From assembly GCA_038212275.1 (NCBI GenBank), contig JBBQUR010000012.1:64001-128000 (forward strand): a stretch of DNA of 64,000 nucleotides. The letters are read 5' to 3'. The notes beneath the pieces were generated by a model. The model did not search any database. It saw only the letters and a program-made list of their open reading frames with translations, and was not told where the DNA came from. Origin of the DNA: Planctomycetota bacterium. GTDB taxonomy: Bacteria; Planctomycetota; B15-G4. Each line of letters begins with the position of its first letter. Position 1 is the stretch's first letter. The translations under genes were made by a program, and so were the position numbers. Below, piece by piece: positions 48,976 to 59,580 of this stretch.

Positions 48976-50567
48976 CCGACAGCGACGACCTCCTCACCCT
49001 GCAAGTCGACGGCGACGACGGCGACGACGGCCGCCAGGACGCAGGCGCACCGAGCGCGCGTCGCGTGGAGGCCAGCGATACCTCTGGCGCCACGGGAGGC
49101 CGGTCGACAGCGCGAAGCCCGGTCGGACTGAGCGGTTCCGAGCTGGTGACGCTGTCCTCGGAGGCGCGCCTTGCGACGGCGTTGCTGCTGCAGGCACAGG
49201 CGCTGGAAGGCATGCGGCAGGCGCATTCCGACCTGCTCTCCAGACTGGATGCAGGCGGCGGCGCGCGGCGGTCCGAGGAACTGCACTCGGCTCTGCGCGA
49301 AGTGCAGCAGGTGCAGCAGCAGACGCTCGGACAGCTCGCGCGGGCGCGCCATCGTGCAAGCCAACGCACGGCGATGTTCGTCGCGTTGCTCGTGCTCGGG
49401 GCCCTGGCTGCGGGGTGGCTCGTGCAATCCTCGCGTGCCGATGTGAGCCGCGCCGTTGCCGACGCCCGGGCCGAACTGGTTGGAAAAGCGGCTGCAGACC
49501 GGGCCGATCTCGAGACTTCCCTCAAGGCAGCCATGACCGCGACCGCAAGCCAGCAGGACGCGATGCTTGAAGAGCTCGTTGCGGGCCTGCGCGGCAACGA
49601 GGCGCAGCTGCGTGATCGTCTGGATCGCACGAGTACCGAGCGCGACGAGGCACGCGCGCAGTTGGCCGGCAAGCATCAGGAGGTCGCCGGGCTTCAGTCC
49701 GAACTAGTCGCTGAAACACAGGGCCGCGACTCGATGGAACTGGAGCTGCACAAGACGCGCGACGAACGCAATCGACAGATCGGCGAGGCGTCACGGCTGC
49801 GCGAGCAGCTCATCGATCGGGACCGGCAGCTCGAAGAGTTGACCAACACGATCAGCAAGGTGCGAACGGACATGGAGGCCCGGGCAGCAGCCCCGGACGG
49901 CCGGATCGTGAACTCGGCCATTCACCCGGAATCGTTCGCGGGGCGGTTGACGACGGCGCTCCGAGGCAGCGGCGCCAAGGAAGCGACGGTCCTCGAAGCA
50001 GGTCCGGTGGTCGACGGCGCGCTCACCGGAGTGCTCGTGATGCTTGGAGGCTCCGACAGCGTCTCAGGGCGCGTGGTGCGCGCAGAGACGGCCCGGCTGC
50101 TTGTGGAGCGCGGCATGGCGCTGCTGCGGCTCGAGTCCGTGCAGGAGCCGGACCGCGAGACTCCCACCGCGAGCCTGGACGTCGCATTGCCCGAACTTGA
50201 TCCGGCGGCATGGCGAGCGCTCGGCCTGGAGGCGCCGGGCGACTTCGTGCCGATTTCGAAGGTGTCCGAAGCGCTTGGAGCGCTGTTGTCGCCACAGGGA
50301 TACGTCGTCGTCCGGCTCGAGAGCTTCGATGGTCTCACGCTGGGTGGACTTGAACTGCGCCAGGAGGACACCCGAGGGACCTGCTTGCGCACCTTGATGG
50401 CAGCGACAGGAGAGGTCCGACCGGTCGGGCCGGAACTGGCACTGGAAGGCGGCTCGATTCTCGTGGGCGACGATGCCCGCCCGTTTTTTCAGGGGCAATG
50501 CCGAGTGCCGCTGCCCGGTGCCGACTATGGCGCCTGGCTGGCGGCCACGAGGAGCGACTCGAAGTGA
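48972..50567 (+). CDS. Single-TM coiled-coil hypothetical protein
   Basis: One TM segment followed by a long heptad-rich region; GTGA coupling on both sides. Confidence 0.7.
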   Translation: MTDSDDLLTLQVDGDDGDDGRQDAGAPSARRVEASDTSGATGGRSTARSPVGLSGSELVTLSSEARLATALLLQAQALEGMRQAHSDLLSRLDAGGGARRSEELHSALREVQQVQQQTLGQLARARHRASQRTAMFVALLVLGALAAGWLVQSSRADVSRAVADARAELVGKAAADRADLETSLKAAMTATASQQDAMLEELVAGLRGNEAQLRDRLDRTSTERDEARAQLAGKHQEVAGLQSELVAETQGRDSMELELHKTRDERNRQIGEASRLREQLIDRDRQLEELTNTISKVRTDMEARAAAPDGRIVNSAIHPESFAGRLTTALRGSGAKEATVLEAGPVVDGALTGVLVMLGGSDSVSGRVVRAETARLLVERGMALLRLESVQEPDRETPTASLDVALPELDPAAWRALGLEAPGDFVPISKVSEALGALLSPQGYVVVRLESFDGLTLGGLELRQEDTRGTCLRTLMAATGEVRPVGPELALEGGSILVGDDARPFFQGQCRVPLPGADYGAWLAATRSDSK

Positions 50568-51448
50568 GCGGCGCCGAAGCCCTGGAGCAGTTTCTGAGGG
50601 CGAGCCGCGAACTCGTCGAGCCCGCGATCTCCGCATGGTTGCCTTCCGAGGCACAGGCCGGTCCGCTGGCGGCGGCCATGCGCCACATCGCTTTCGCCGG
50701 TGGCAAGCGGCTCCGGCCCGCGCTGGCGCTGCTCGGATGCCGGCACGCCGGGGGGCAGCCCGAGCAGGCGCTCGGCGCTGCGGTCGCCGTCGAGCTGATT
50801 CACGCCTATTCGCTCGTGCACGACGATCTGCCGTGCATGGACGATGCCACGCTCCGCCGCGGCAAGCCCTGCGTCCACATCGTCTGGGGTGACGGTCTCG
50901 CCGTCCTGGCGGGGGATGGGCTGCTGACGCTCGCCTTCGAGGTGCTCGCGCGACACACGCCACCGGGCTGCCCCGTGGGTGCCATGGTGGTGGCGCTCGC
51001 TGACGCCGCAGGCTGGTCCGGGATGGTTGGCGGGCAGGTCGAGGACCTGGCGGCCGAGGGACAGGTTCCCGACCTCGATCGCGTGCGCCGCATTCACGCC
51101 GGCAAGACGGCCGCCATGATGGCGGTGTCGCTGCAACTCGGCGCCCTGGCGGGGGGCGCCACCGCCCGGGATGCTGCTGCACTCGCCCGGGCAGGGCGCG
51201 ATTTCGGCCTGGCCTTCCAGATCGTCGACGATCTTCTGGACGTCCAGGGCACCACCGCCGAACTGGGCAAGCAGGCGGGCGCAGACGCAGAACGGGCAAA
51301 GATGACATGGCCGGCGGTGGCTGGCGTGGAACAGAGCTGGCGCGACGCGCGGGATCTCGTGTCCGGAGCGCTGGACGGCATCCCGCCAGGCGTTTGCCGC
51401 CCGCTGCTCGAGGCACTCGGGGCGACCATCGTGCCGCGGCGATCCTGA
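50564..51448 (+). CDS. ispA: Polyprenyl (farnesyl/geranylgeranyl) diphosphate synthase
   Basis: GGKRLRP, SLVHDDLPCMD..LRRG, GQVEDL, KT, FQIVDDLLD. Confidence 0.93.
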   Translation: MSGAEALEQFLRASRELVEPAISAWLPSEAQAGPLAAAMRHIAFAGGKRLRPALALLGCRHAGGQPEQALGAAVAVELIHAYSLVHDDLPCMDDATLRRGKPCVHIVWGDGLAVLAGDGLLTLAFEVLARHTPPGCPVGAMVVALADAAGWSGMVGGQVEDLAAEGQVPDLDRVRRIHAGKTAAMMAVSLQLGALAGGATARDAAALARAGRDFGLAFQIVDDLLDVQGTTAELGKQAGADAERAKMTWPAVAGVEQSWRDARDLVSGALDGIPPGVCRPLLEALGATIVPRRS

Positions 51449-51551
51449 AACTCGTCGGTCGCGGCCGCAGGACTCGAGGCGGGCAGGTCTGACCCGGTTT
51501 ATGTAGGGTGTGTCACACACCGTTTCGCGACTGGAGCCCAGGTCCGCCCGC

Positions 51552-53465
51552 ATGTCCATCTTCGAACATGTCGACTATCCGGAGGACTTGCGCCGGCTCT
51601 CCGTGGATGACCTTCCGGTCCTCGCGGCGGACATGCGCGCGGAACTCATCGACGCGATCAGCCAGACCGGGGGGCATCTGGGCTCCGGGCTTGGAGTGCT
51701 CGAGCTGACGATTGCGCTCCACTACGTGCACGACTTCCGGAAGGACCGCCTGGTCTTCGATGTGGGACACCAGTGCTACCCGCACAAGCTGCTCACGGGA
51801 CGCAAGCACCTCATTCGTACCATGCGCCAGGCCGACGGATTGTGCGGCTTCCCGCATCCGGCCGAGAGCGAGTTCGATCTCTTTCACACGGGCCACGCGG
51901 GAACATCCATTTCGCTGGGGCTTGGGCTTGCGGCTGCGGACAAGCTGACGGGACACGGCGACCGCCGCACGGTTGTCGTGATCGGCGATGCGGGCTACGG
52001 CGCAGGTGTCGCGTTCGAAGCGATGAACCACGCGAGTGAGGCGGGCGTCGACCTGCTCGTGATCCTGAATGACAATGAGATGTCCATCAGCCCGACGGTC
52101 GGAGCGATGTCGCGCTACTTCACGCGCGTGCGCACCGGGCCGCTCATCACCGGCGCGAAAAAGGAACTGGCGGAGCTCATCCGGCATATTCCGGTCATCG
52201 GCGAGAAAGTGGATCGCTCCATTCGCGAGAGTCTTGCGGTGATGAAGTCCGTGCTCGTGCCGGGGCATGTGTTCGAGGAGTTCGGTTTCAGCTATTTCGG
52301 CCCGATGGATGGCCATGATCTCCCGCGCCTCGTGCATACGTTGCAGGATCTCAAGCAGCGACCCGGCCTCAGTTTCCTGCATCTCGTGACCAGGAAGGGC
52401 GCCGGTTGCGAAATGGCGGCCGGCGATCCTCAGCGTCTGCACGGCGTGAAGGCGAAAGCCAAGCCGCCCGCCTCCGGGACGGCTGGGCAGGCTGCTGGCG
52501 CCGCCAGGATTGCGCGTCCGACGTACACGGACGTGTTCGCAGAGTGCGTGACGCGTCACGCGATGGACGATGCACGCATCGTCGGCGTCACGGCGGCCAT
52601 GCCGGACGGCACCGGGCTCAAGCAGCTGGCCGAGGCGCTTCCCGGTCGATGCTTCGATGTCGGCATCTGCGAGCAGCACGCCGTGGCCTTTGGTGGTGGC
52701 CTCGCCAAGGGGACCTTGCTGCCCGTCGTGGCCATCTACTCCACGTTCCTCCAGCGGGGTTATGACGAGCTCTTTCAGGAGCTGCTCATTCAGAACGCGC
52801 CCGTCGTGATCGCGCTGGATCGAGCCGGATTGGTTGAAGACGGAGCCACGCACCACGGCCTCTTCGATATTGCCTACCTCCGTACGCTCCCGAACGTGGT
52901 GCTCATGGCGCCGGCCAACGCCGAGGAACTCCAGGCGATGCTCGGCGCCGCCCTTTCGATGGGTGTTCCGGTTGCGGTTCGCTACCCGCGTGACAGTGCG
53001 CCGGCCGCCGACGGGCCCGTGGCACCCGTGGAACTCGGTCGTGCCGTCCGCCTGCGCAAGGGCTCCGACGTCGTGCTCGCCGCGTACGGCACCATGGTGC
53101 CTCTCGCAATGTCCGCGGCAAGGCATCTGGCAGACGCCGGCATCCAGGCGACCGTGATCAATGCACGCTTTGCCAAGCCCGTTGACGCAGCGATGATCAG
53201 TGCTTCACTCGAGCACGCCAGGATGCTTGTCACGCTGGAGGAGCACGCGGTGTGCGGCGGGTTCGGATCTGCCGTCCTGGAAGCTCTGGCTGCACGCGAC
53301 GGAATTCTCCCCCCTACGCTCATGATCGGGGTCCCTGACAGGTTCATCGAGCATGGCTCGCGGGACAGCTTGCTGGCGAAGCTCGGCTTCACGCCACAGG
53401 CTATCGCGGACAGGGTCCTGCAAGCCTTGCGCGTGGGCGCTCTTCAGCCCGTCAGCGGCAGCTAG
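51552..53465 (+). CDS. dxs: 1-deoxy-D-xylulose-5-phosphate synthase
   Basis: GGHLGSGLG, DVGHQCYPHK, LNDNEMSI, ICEQHA, YSTFLQR, DGATHHG. Confidence 0.96.
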   Translation: MSIFEHVDYPEDLRRLSVDDLPVLAADMRAELIDAISQTGGHLGSGLGVLELTIALHYVHDFRKDRLVFDVGHQCYPHKLLTGRKHLIRTMRQADGLCGFPHPAESEFDLFHTGHAGTSISLGLGLAAADKLTGHGDRRTVVVIGDAGYGAGVAFEAMNHASEAGVDLLVILNDNEMSISPTVGAMSRYFTRVRTGPLITGAKKELAELIRHIPVIGEKVDRSIRESLAVMKSVLVPGHVFEEFGFSYFGPMDGHDLPRLVHTLQDLKQRPGLSFLHLVTRKGAGCEMAAGDPQRLHGVKAKAKPPASGTAGQAAGAARIARPTYTDVFAECVTRHAMDDARIVGVTAAMPDGTGLKQLAEALPGRCFDVGICEQHAVAFGGGLAKGTLLPVVAIYSTFLQRGYDELFQELLIQNAPVVIALDRAGLVEDGATHHGLFDIAYLRTLPNVVLMAPANAEELQAMLGAALSMGVPVAVRYPRDSAPAADGPVAPVELGRAVRLRKGSDVVLAAYGTMVPLAMSAARHLADAGIQATVINARFAKPVDAAMISASLEHARMLVTLEEHAVCGGFGSAVLEALAARDGILPPTLMIGVPDRFIEHGSRDSLLAKLGFTPQAIADRVLQALRVGALQPVSGS

Positions 53466-53700
53466 CAGGGGGCCACTGGCGCCTGCCGATCGTCAAGTTC
53501 CGGCGCTCGAACAGGCTGGCTGGCCTGGGTCGAGTTCCGGACATGAGGGTTCTGTCAGCAGGAATTGGCGGTTGCCGTCCGTGGCTGTCGGTGCGGGCGT
53601 AGAAAGCATCCGTTGCGGCCGTACCCGCGATGCTCTCAATCCGCACCGGCCCGCGCGCCGAAGTCCCAGTTGGCCAATCTCATCGGATAGACTCCGCCTC

Positions 53701-56700
53701 ATGTTCAAGCTGATTTCAGTTTTGATGGCCGCTCTGCTCTGGATCTCTCCGGGGCTCCAGGCCCAGACGCCGGGCGCATATCCGCACCTCGTCCTGACGG
53801 ACGGCCACGGAACATCGATTCCGGGGCCGGGTGGCCCCTTCGACAACTCGGGGCTGTTTCCGGCCTTCTCGGGCTTGTCCTTCAAGGCTCAAGTGACCTA
53901 CCAGTCGGCCGGGCAGCCGAACAGCAATGTTCTGTGGGGCCTCCTCGTGTCGGTGGCCAAGACTCCCCTGCCGCTCAATGTCACGCCTCCCTCCCTCCTG
54001 ACGATGCCCCCCTTCATCCTGATGCTGCCGGTACCGCCCAACCTGAGCGGAGGGGGATTCGGCGAGATGCCGCTCTACGTGCCGGCGGGCGTGTATTCGG
54101 CGGAGACATACGTGCAGGGCATGGTGTACGACGTGACTTCGGCGCCGACGATGCGCCTCACGAACGGGCTCAAGGTCACGGTCGAGGTGCCCCAGTTCTC
54201 GGTGAACCTCGTGTTCACCCGCAGCAAGCCTGCCGGTGGCGATGGGCAACTCAAGGACGTGGGCGTCATCGACATCGATGCCGACACGCTGAACACGCTC
54301 AAGCCGATCGGCACGAAGGCGCCACCCGAGGCTCTGCCGGGCCCTCCGCCGCTGGCAGATGACTACCGATTTCTCGCGATCCTTCCCAACGCCGGCGATG
54401 AACCAGTCAACCCGCTGGCGCGACCGATCACCCGCATCCAGGGAAGCGTCGCGTTCGATGCGACGACAATTCCCGTGAAGGACACTCGGTACTTTCCGAC
54501 GACGGGCCGGATCCTGATCGCATTCTCGGCGGGCGATCCCGCACAGAACAACCTGTGGAAGTCCAAGGCGACCACGACCCTTGCGCCCAATGCCGAAGTC
54601 GTCAGTTACAACGGCACGACCCCCACGAGTTTCCTCAATTGCAAGCGCGCCCAGCTGGGTTCGAGGGGTTCCTCCGTTGCCGGAGGATTCTTCCACGTGA
54701 ACGACGAGATGGTGGTGGGGTTCTTCACCATGGCGACCACGGTGGATGCCCGGTTGCGGACTCGCGTGGGACTTGACGCCGACAATCGTGACACTCCGCA
54801 CGTTGTCGTCCCGCAATTCACCTTCGATGCAGGGGGCGACCTCGGAACGGTCACGCGCGATCTGGACATCTATCGCTACGAAACCCTCGCAAACAAGATC
54901 CAGGGTTTCATGGTGCTCGACCGCATCACGGGCTTGTGGCGCGCGATACCGGGCACGGCGAAGAATGAATTGGAAGGGCGGTGGGACCCGATGGTGGCCA
55001 TCGCGCCGGATGGGCGCAGCATGATCGCGCACCTGGAAATTCCAGGCGGCCTGTTTGGCTGGGACAACAACCCGGATGGAATCGTGGCCATCCGCCTGGA
55101 TGGGCTGAACTGGCCTGCCAGCGGCAGCGAGGCCTGGATGATTCCCTACCAGACGGATCCGGATCCCGTCAATTCCATCGTGAGCGATGTGCGCTCGCGT
55201 CGTGTCTGGATGCCTGCTGCGGCGATCATCGGAGCCAATCCGGACAACTACGTCGCGTACGTCGGACTTGCTCACAAGTGGAGGCTCAATCCCAACAGTC
55301 CGGGCAGTGGCAACCTGCCTGACTTCGGATACGAGGCGGAGTACGTCGCTGAAGAGGTGATCGTCCGCGACATGATCGAGTGTCCGCTCACACCGCCCGC
55401 TTCGACAAAATCGGTGCCATCGATGCCGAGGCCTTATCTCACCGGCTCGTTCGGCAACAACGGACAGGGAGGCAAGATCATTCGCTTCGATCCTGACGTG
55501 CAGCGATTGGTCAACAACACGCAGCTCCTGCTCACCGCAGGGGCCGCTGGGAGCAAGGAGGATGTGTTCGTCATTCGAAGCGTCTCGGTGGGGCAGGACG
55601 GGGCACCACACCACTCGCTCGTGAATCTCTCCGGATTCACGCAAGCTCAGGAAAGCAACCTGCAGACGGATGTCCGGGCGTTCAGATCCGGCGGGCACGG
55701 CAACGGGCGGAAAGTCGCCGTGTCGCCTGACAATTCGCGTGTTGCGTGGGCCTTCAAGGACCGATTCAACACTGGCGACGAACGCCGCGATTGGCTCAAC
55801 GTGGCGTCCACCAGCGGCTCGAGCTACAGCAAGATCAAACACGTCTACAAGAACGCCAACGAGCAGTTCAAGATTGCCGGGCCCCTTACGAATGACCGTG
55901 CGATCTGCGGCTTGCGCTTCATCGACAACACGCGTCTCATCTTCATGATGGGTCTGGACAGGTACGACGATCCCCTCGCCGTGAACTCCAGCAATGCTCC
56001 GCAGATGGACCTGTTTCTCTACGACACCACGACCGATGTCATCACCAATCTGACCAAGACCGGAAACGCGGCGGGCGACGGATTTTCGGCCTTGGGGCAG
56101 ATGACTCCGGCCGGATACTTCGCTGCTCCAGGAGGGGGTTTTGCCTACGTGATCCGGGCGGGAGGCATTGGTTCGGTTCAGTTCCCGAGCAGCCCCTCGC
56201 TATTCCTGACGCCAGGCACGGCTGTCACGAACATCATCGGCATCAACATGGCCACGCTGGACGTGTTCGCCGTGACCGGGACCGAGATCAGCGGATCTGC
56301 GCTCGTCCCGAATCTGACGCTCGCTTCGGGTGACTTGGCTGCCCCGTCGGAGACTGTTGCTTCGATGAACTTCGTCTCGGCAACTGGCGTGCAGGACGGG
56401 ATCATCTATTTCAGCGCTCATCGGGCGGGAGGCAATGGATCGGATGACGTGTTCGCGCTTGATCGCGACAGTCCGTTCGTCACGTTCGGGGCAACCAGTG
56501 CGACCATGTCCGGCGTGCACGTCACCAACATCGCGCCCGACCCGTATGGCGGTCGCGTTGCCTTCGCCCGCACGGCAACAAGCGATGCATTCGGCCCGAC
56601 GCAGCATCCGTACGTGGTGGATCTCGACAACTTCCTGTTCGAGCGTGATCTGCTGCCGAAGTATGTCTCCGGAGGCAATCCTCTCGGGCGCGTGATGGAT

Positions 56701-56940
56701 GGCAGTTTTCATTTCATCGCGCCGACTGGAAGCGCTGGCGACGCATTCGTGTTTGCATTCGGTCTTATCGCACTGAACGGGGGAATTGCCGGTCTGGCCA
56801 CGCCGGCCTACTACCCCCTCGGCGCCGTGTCGGACCTGCTCGCCGAGCCGATCCCCGTGATCATTCCGCTGGTCGACACGTTTCTTCTCGGCCAGGACTT
56901 CCGGTTTTACATCGCCGCAGCAGGGCCGTCGAAGAACTGA
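53701..56940 (+). CDS. Large secreted beta-rich protein (~1080 aa) with WD40/PD40-like blades
   Basis: Signal peptide LQA-Q; AIAPDGRSM, AVSPDNSRVAW, APDPYGGRVAF. Confidence 0.7.
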   Translation: MFKLISVLMAALLWISPGLQAQTPGAYPHLVLTDGHGTSIPGPGGPFDNSGLFPAFSGLSFKAQVTYQSAGQPNSNVLWGLLVSVAKTPLPLNVTPPSLLTMPPFILMLPVPPNLSGGGFGEMPLYVPAGVYSAETYVQGMVYDVTSAPTMRLTNGLKVTVEVPQFSVNLVFTRSKPAGGDGQLKDVGVIDIDADTLNTLKPIGTKAPPEALPGPPPLADDYRFLAILPNAGDEPVNPLARPITRIQGSVAFDATTIPVKDTRYFPTTGRILIAFSAGDPAQNNLWKSKATTTLAPNAEVVSYNGTTPTSFLNCKRAQLGSRGSSVAGGFFHVNDEMVVGFFTMATTVDARLRTRVGLDADNRDTPHVVVPQFTFDAGGDLGTVTRDLDIYRYETLANKIQGFMVLDRITGLWRAIPGTAKNELEGRWDPMVAIAPDGRSMIAHLEIPGGLFGWDNNPDGIVAIRLDGLNWPASGSEAWMIPYQTDPDPVNSIVSDVRSRRVWMPAAAIIGANPDNYVAYVGLAHKWRLNPNSPGSGNLPDFGYEAEYVAEEVIVRDMIECPLTPPASTKSVPSMPRPYLTGSFGNNGQGGKIIRFDPDVQRLVNNTQLLLTAGAAGSKEDVFVIRSVSVGQDGAPHHSLVNLSGFTQAQESNLQTDVRAFRSGGHGNGRKVAVSPDNSRVAWAFKDRFNTGDERRDWLNVASTSGSSYSKIKHVYKNANEQFKIAGPLTNDRAICGLRFIDNTRLIFMMGLDRYDDPLAVNSSNAPQMDLFLYDTTTDVITNLTKTGNAAGDGFSALGQMTPAGYFAAPGGGFAYVIRAGGIGSVQFPSSPSLFLTPGTAVTNIIGINMATLDVFAVTGTEISGSALVPNLTLASGDLAAPSETVASMNFVSATGVQDGIIYFSAHRAGGNGSDDVFALDRDSPFVTFGATSATMSGVHVTNIAPDPYGGRVAFARTATSDAFGPTQHPYVVDLDNFLFERDLLPKYVSGGNPLGRVMDGSFHFIAPTGSAGDAFVFAFGLIALNGGIAGLATPAYYPLGAVSDLLAEPIPVIIPLVDTFLLGQDFRFYIAAAGPSKN

Positions 56941-56955
56941 CGTGGCGGGGACCTG

Positions 56956-57723
56956 TTGAAGCGTCTCGATCCGTCAACGCTGGGCAAGGCGGACGTGCTG
57001 CTCGTTGCTCCCCATCAGGATGACGAAGCACTCGGATGCGGCGGAACGGCTCACCTGCTGGTCCGCGCAGGTGCGCGAGTGCAGATCGTCATCGCCGCAA
57101 GTGGCGAAGGCGGAATTGTCGGCGGCGTGTCGGCGGCGCAGCGTGAGGATGAGTCTCGTCGATGCTGCATGGTCCTTGGAACATTGCCACCGCTCTTCCT
57201 GCGCCAGCCGTCCGCAAGCTTGCGCGCAGATCCGTGGCAGGCGGGGAAGCTGCTGGAAGCGCTTGTCGGTCGCGAGTGTTGCGACGTGATGCTGGTACCT
57301 TCGCCGCTGGAGCGCCACGAGACTCATCGGGCTACGCTCGTCGCTGCGGCGTGTGCCGGTGTCGCCCGGCGCGACGGCCGCTGGTACGGGTACGGTGTCT
57401 GGGATGCCATACCGGCGTGGCCCGGCGTCATGGAAGTCGATATCACCTCGGCTCGAAGCGCCAAGACACAGGCCATTGCTGCGCATCACAGTCAGGTCTC
57501 CGGACGTGCGTTGGCAGCCGCCATGGCGGCTCGCGACATGGAACAGGCAGTCTTCGCCCGGATCACGGGGATCGAGGAACGCAGGGCCGTGGAGCGGCTC
57601 ATGGAACTGCCGCTGCTGGCCGGTGGAGCAGCGCGCGACGTTCACGAGGCTCGGGCTCGCATCGCAGCCGGCCTCTCGGCCAATCTGGGTCTCTGGGCCG
57701 AATCGCTCTGGCCATCCGCGTGA
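56956..57723 (+). CDS. PIG-L/LmbE family deacetylase
   Basis: APHQDDEALGCGG, REDE, HETH, K..AIAAHHSQ. Confidence 0.88.
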   Translation: MKRLDPSTLGKADVLLVAPHQDDEALGCGGTAHLLVRAGARVQIVIAASGEGGIVGGVSAAQREDESRRCCMVLGTLPPLFLRQPSASLRADPWQAGKLLEALVGRECCDVMLVPSPLERHETHRATLVAAACAGVARRDGRWYGYGVWDAIPAWPGVMEVDITSARSAKTQAIAAHHSQVSGRALAAAMAARDMEQAVFARITGIEERRAVERLMELPLLAGGAARDVHEARARIAAGLSANLGLWAESLWPSA

Positions 57724-57748
57724 GGAGCTCGTCCTCCGGCGGAATGGC

Positions 57749-58735
57749 TCAGCCGGATTCACCCGCCCGAGCCTGCTGATTGCGCTGTCCCGTGGCCCAG
57801 ACCGCAAGCAGCACGATCATCAACATGCCGACGAGAACGGGCGGGGAAAGCAGCGAAGCGAACAGACCTGTCCAGCCGACGGCCGCATCGGCTGCGCCGA
57901 GGGAATAGGCCGGCTGCGCATAAGATGCCAGGTCTGCGACTCGATCGATGAGCAGGGCGATGCGTCCGAGCACCGTGAATCCGAACATGCTGCCGAACGT
58001 GAGCATGAGCACGACGATGCCAAGCCGCGACATGCCACCGAGCAACCTGTTGCGCCGGTAAGTGAAAATGAAGTGTGACAGCACGCAGATCAGGCCGACG
58101 AGGAAGACAAGGTTGGAGAGCAGCGAGAAGCCGATGCTGTTCTCGAATCGCACGCCATCGGTCCATGGAACCGCAGACGGCGATATCAGCGGGACCATGG
58201 TCTCCTTGATCTGGATCACGAGCTTGCTCTGCGTCTCACCGGTCATCTTGATGGCGGCGTAGATCCCCACCATTGCGGCCAGCGGCCAGCGCGGAGCCCA
58301 TGAGTCTCTGGAAAACAGCCGTACGAGCAGCATCACCGAGAAGAGCAGCGCCACGCAGCGCAACGCGATGGCCAGGCCGGGCTGTACCTGAAAGCCTCCG
58401 AGGTCCACAAGCTGCAGGCCCGTGACGGCATCGGCGCCGGCGAGGAGCTGTTCGTTGGCCGCGAGCTTGTCGTGCGCCTGAATGATGTACTCGCGTACCG
58501 GGCCGAGGATCCCCGTCTCGTAATTCTCGAGCGTGTACCAGGCTGCACCGACGCCGACGAACAGGTGTTCAGCCAGCTTGTAAAACGGGTTGTCGCGATA
58601 CAGGAAGCTGAACACAGCAAGTGTGAGAAAGCACACGATCCAACCGCCGAGGATGTCCGGAGTGGCAGCAGTATCCAGTGAAAACCACGCTGGCGCGGTG
58701 GCTCCAGCGGAAGTCTGAAGCAGCAATGGAATCAC
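57749..58735 (-). CDS. Polytopic membrane protein (GlmL/DUF6754 operon)
   Basis: About 7 TM segments; FSFLYRDNPFYKLAEHLFVG, LMLTFGSMFGFTVLGRI; GTGA coupling. Confidence 0.8.
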   Translation of the reverse strand: MIPLLLQTSAGATAPAWFSLDTAATPDILGGWIVCFLTLAVFSFLYRDNPFYKLAEHLFVGVGAAWYTLENYETGILGPVREYIIQAHDKLAANEQLLAGADAVTGLQLVDLGGFQVQPGLAIALRCVALLFSVMLLVRLFSRDSWAPRWPLAAMVGIYAAIKMTGETQSKLVIQIKETMVPLISPSAVPWTDGVRFENSIGFSLLSNLVFLVGLICVLSHFIFTYRRNRLLGGMSRLGIVVLMLTFGSMFGFTVLGRIALLIDRVADLASYAQPAYSLGAADAAVGWTGLFASLLSPPVLVGMLMIVLLAVWATGQRNQQARAGESG

Positions 58736-59577
58736 CGGGTGGCCCTCCGCCTTCCGAGGAAGTACGCGACGTTTCCGAAGGCGATCAGTCCGATGATCAG
58801 CAGGTGTGACCATGACTGGACCAGCATGCGCCGCTGATCCTCATCACGTTCTTCGTGCACGGCTTCAGTGGCTTCTCCGACGAGTTGCAGATACTGGGTG
58901 GCGCCGGTGAATGCACCGAGGAATCCCTTGAGCTGGTTCGGGTAGTACGCAAAGAGCGCCGTCGTTTGAACCGCGGTCGTGCCACAGATCACCGGCACCT
59001 GGTACCGACCTCCGACCTGTGCAATCCATTCGAGGATGCCGGGATATCCGGCAGAGGCCGAGACGAGCAGCGAGATGCCGCGAAAGCTGTCGCTCACATC
59101 CGCCAGGAGGGGAATGTCCCGCAATGGTGAATGGTTGCGATCATCGGTGGAGTACGTGGACTTGAGCGACTGTCCGATGAGCCCCATGGCCACATCGTCG
59201 CCGGGCGTGTATCCGAGCTCCACCCAGTCGACTCCGTAGACCTTTCCGTACTGGGGTGCTATCTCGCTGAAGTACTTCTGAGTGAACGGCGGCGCTGCCG
59301 GCCAGGTTGCCACGTTGATGACACGCAGGTTGTGGCGCAGGAGATGGTGAATCGTCGCGATGTACATCGGCTCGATTTCGGCAGCGCTGGCCGGATCAAA
59401 GTCGGCGGAGAGCATCACGATCGAGCCCTCGGGAAGGCTCTCGATTTCGTCGAAGTAGCTCTGGACATACTCGCTGACCGGGATCGTCTCGGTCTCACCG
59501 AGCGCGTACATCACCACCACGACCAGACCCATGGCCAGGAAGATCCAGCGCCTGTCGATATCGAGCGGACTGGCCAT
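58732..59577 (-). CDS. Membrane protein, TM - alpha/beta domain - TM
   Basis: DRRWIFL TM, SADFDP...EIEP, YGVDWVELGY.PG, C-terminal HLLIIGLIAFGN TM. Confidence 0.8.
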   Translation of the reverse strand: MASPLDIDRRWIFLAMGLVVVVMYALGETETIPVSEYVQSYFDEIESLPEGSIVMLSADFDPASAAEIEPMYIATIHHLLRHNLRVINVATWPAAPPFTQKYFSEIAPQYGKVYGVDWVELGYTPGDDVAMGLIGQSLKSTYSTDDRNHSPLRDIPLLADVSDSFRGISLLVSASAGYPGILEWIAQVGGRYQVPVICGTTAVQTTALFAYYPNQLKGFLGAFTGATQYLQLVGEATEAVHEERDEDQRRMLVQSWSHLLIIGLIAFGNVAYFLGRRRATR

Positions 59578-59580
59578 GGA

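Noticed and set aside
53466..53700. Riboswitch or ncRNA in the intergenic region after dxs
   Set aside because: No recognisable conserved RNA motif by eye; an Rfam scan would be needed
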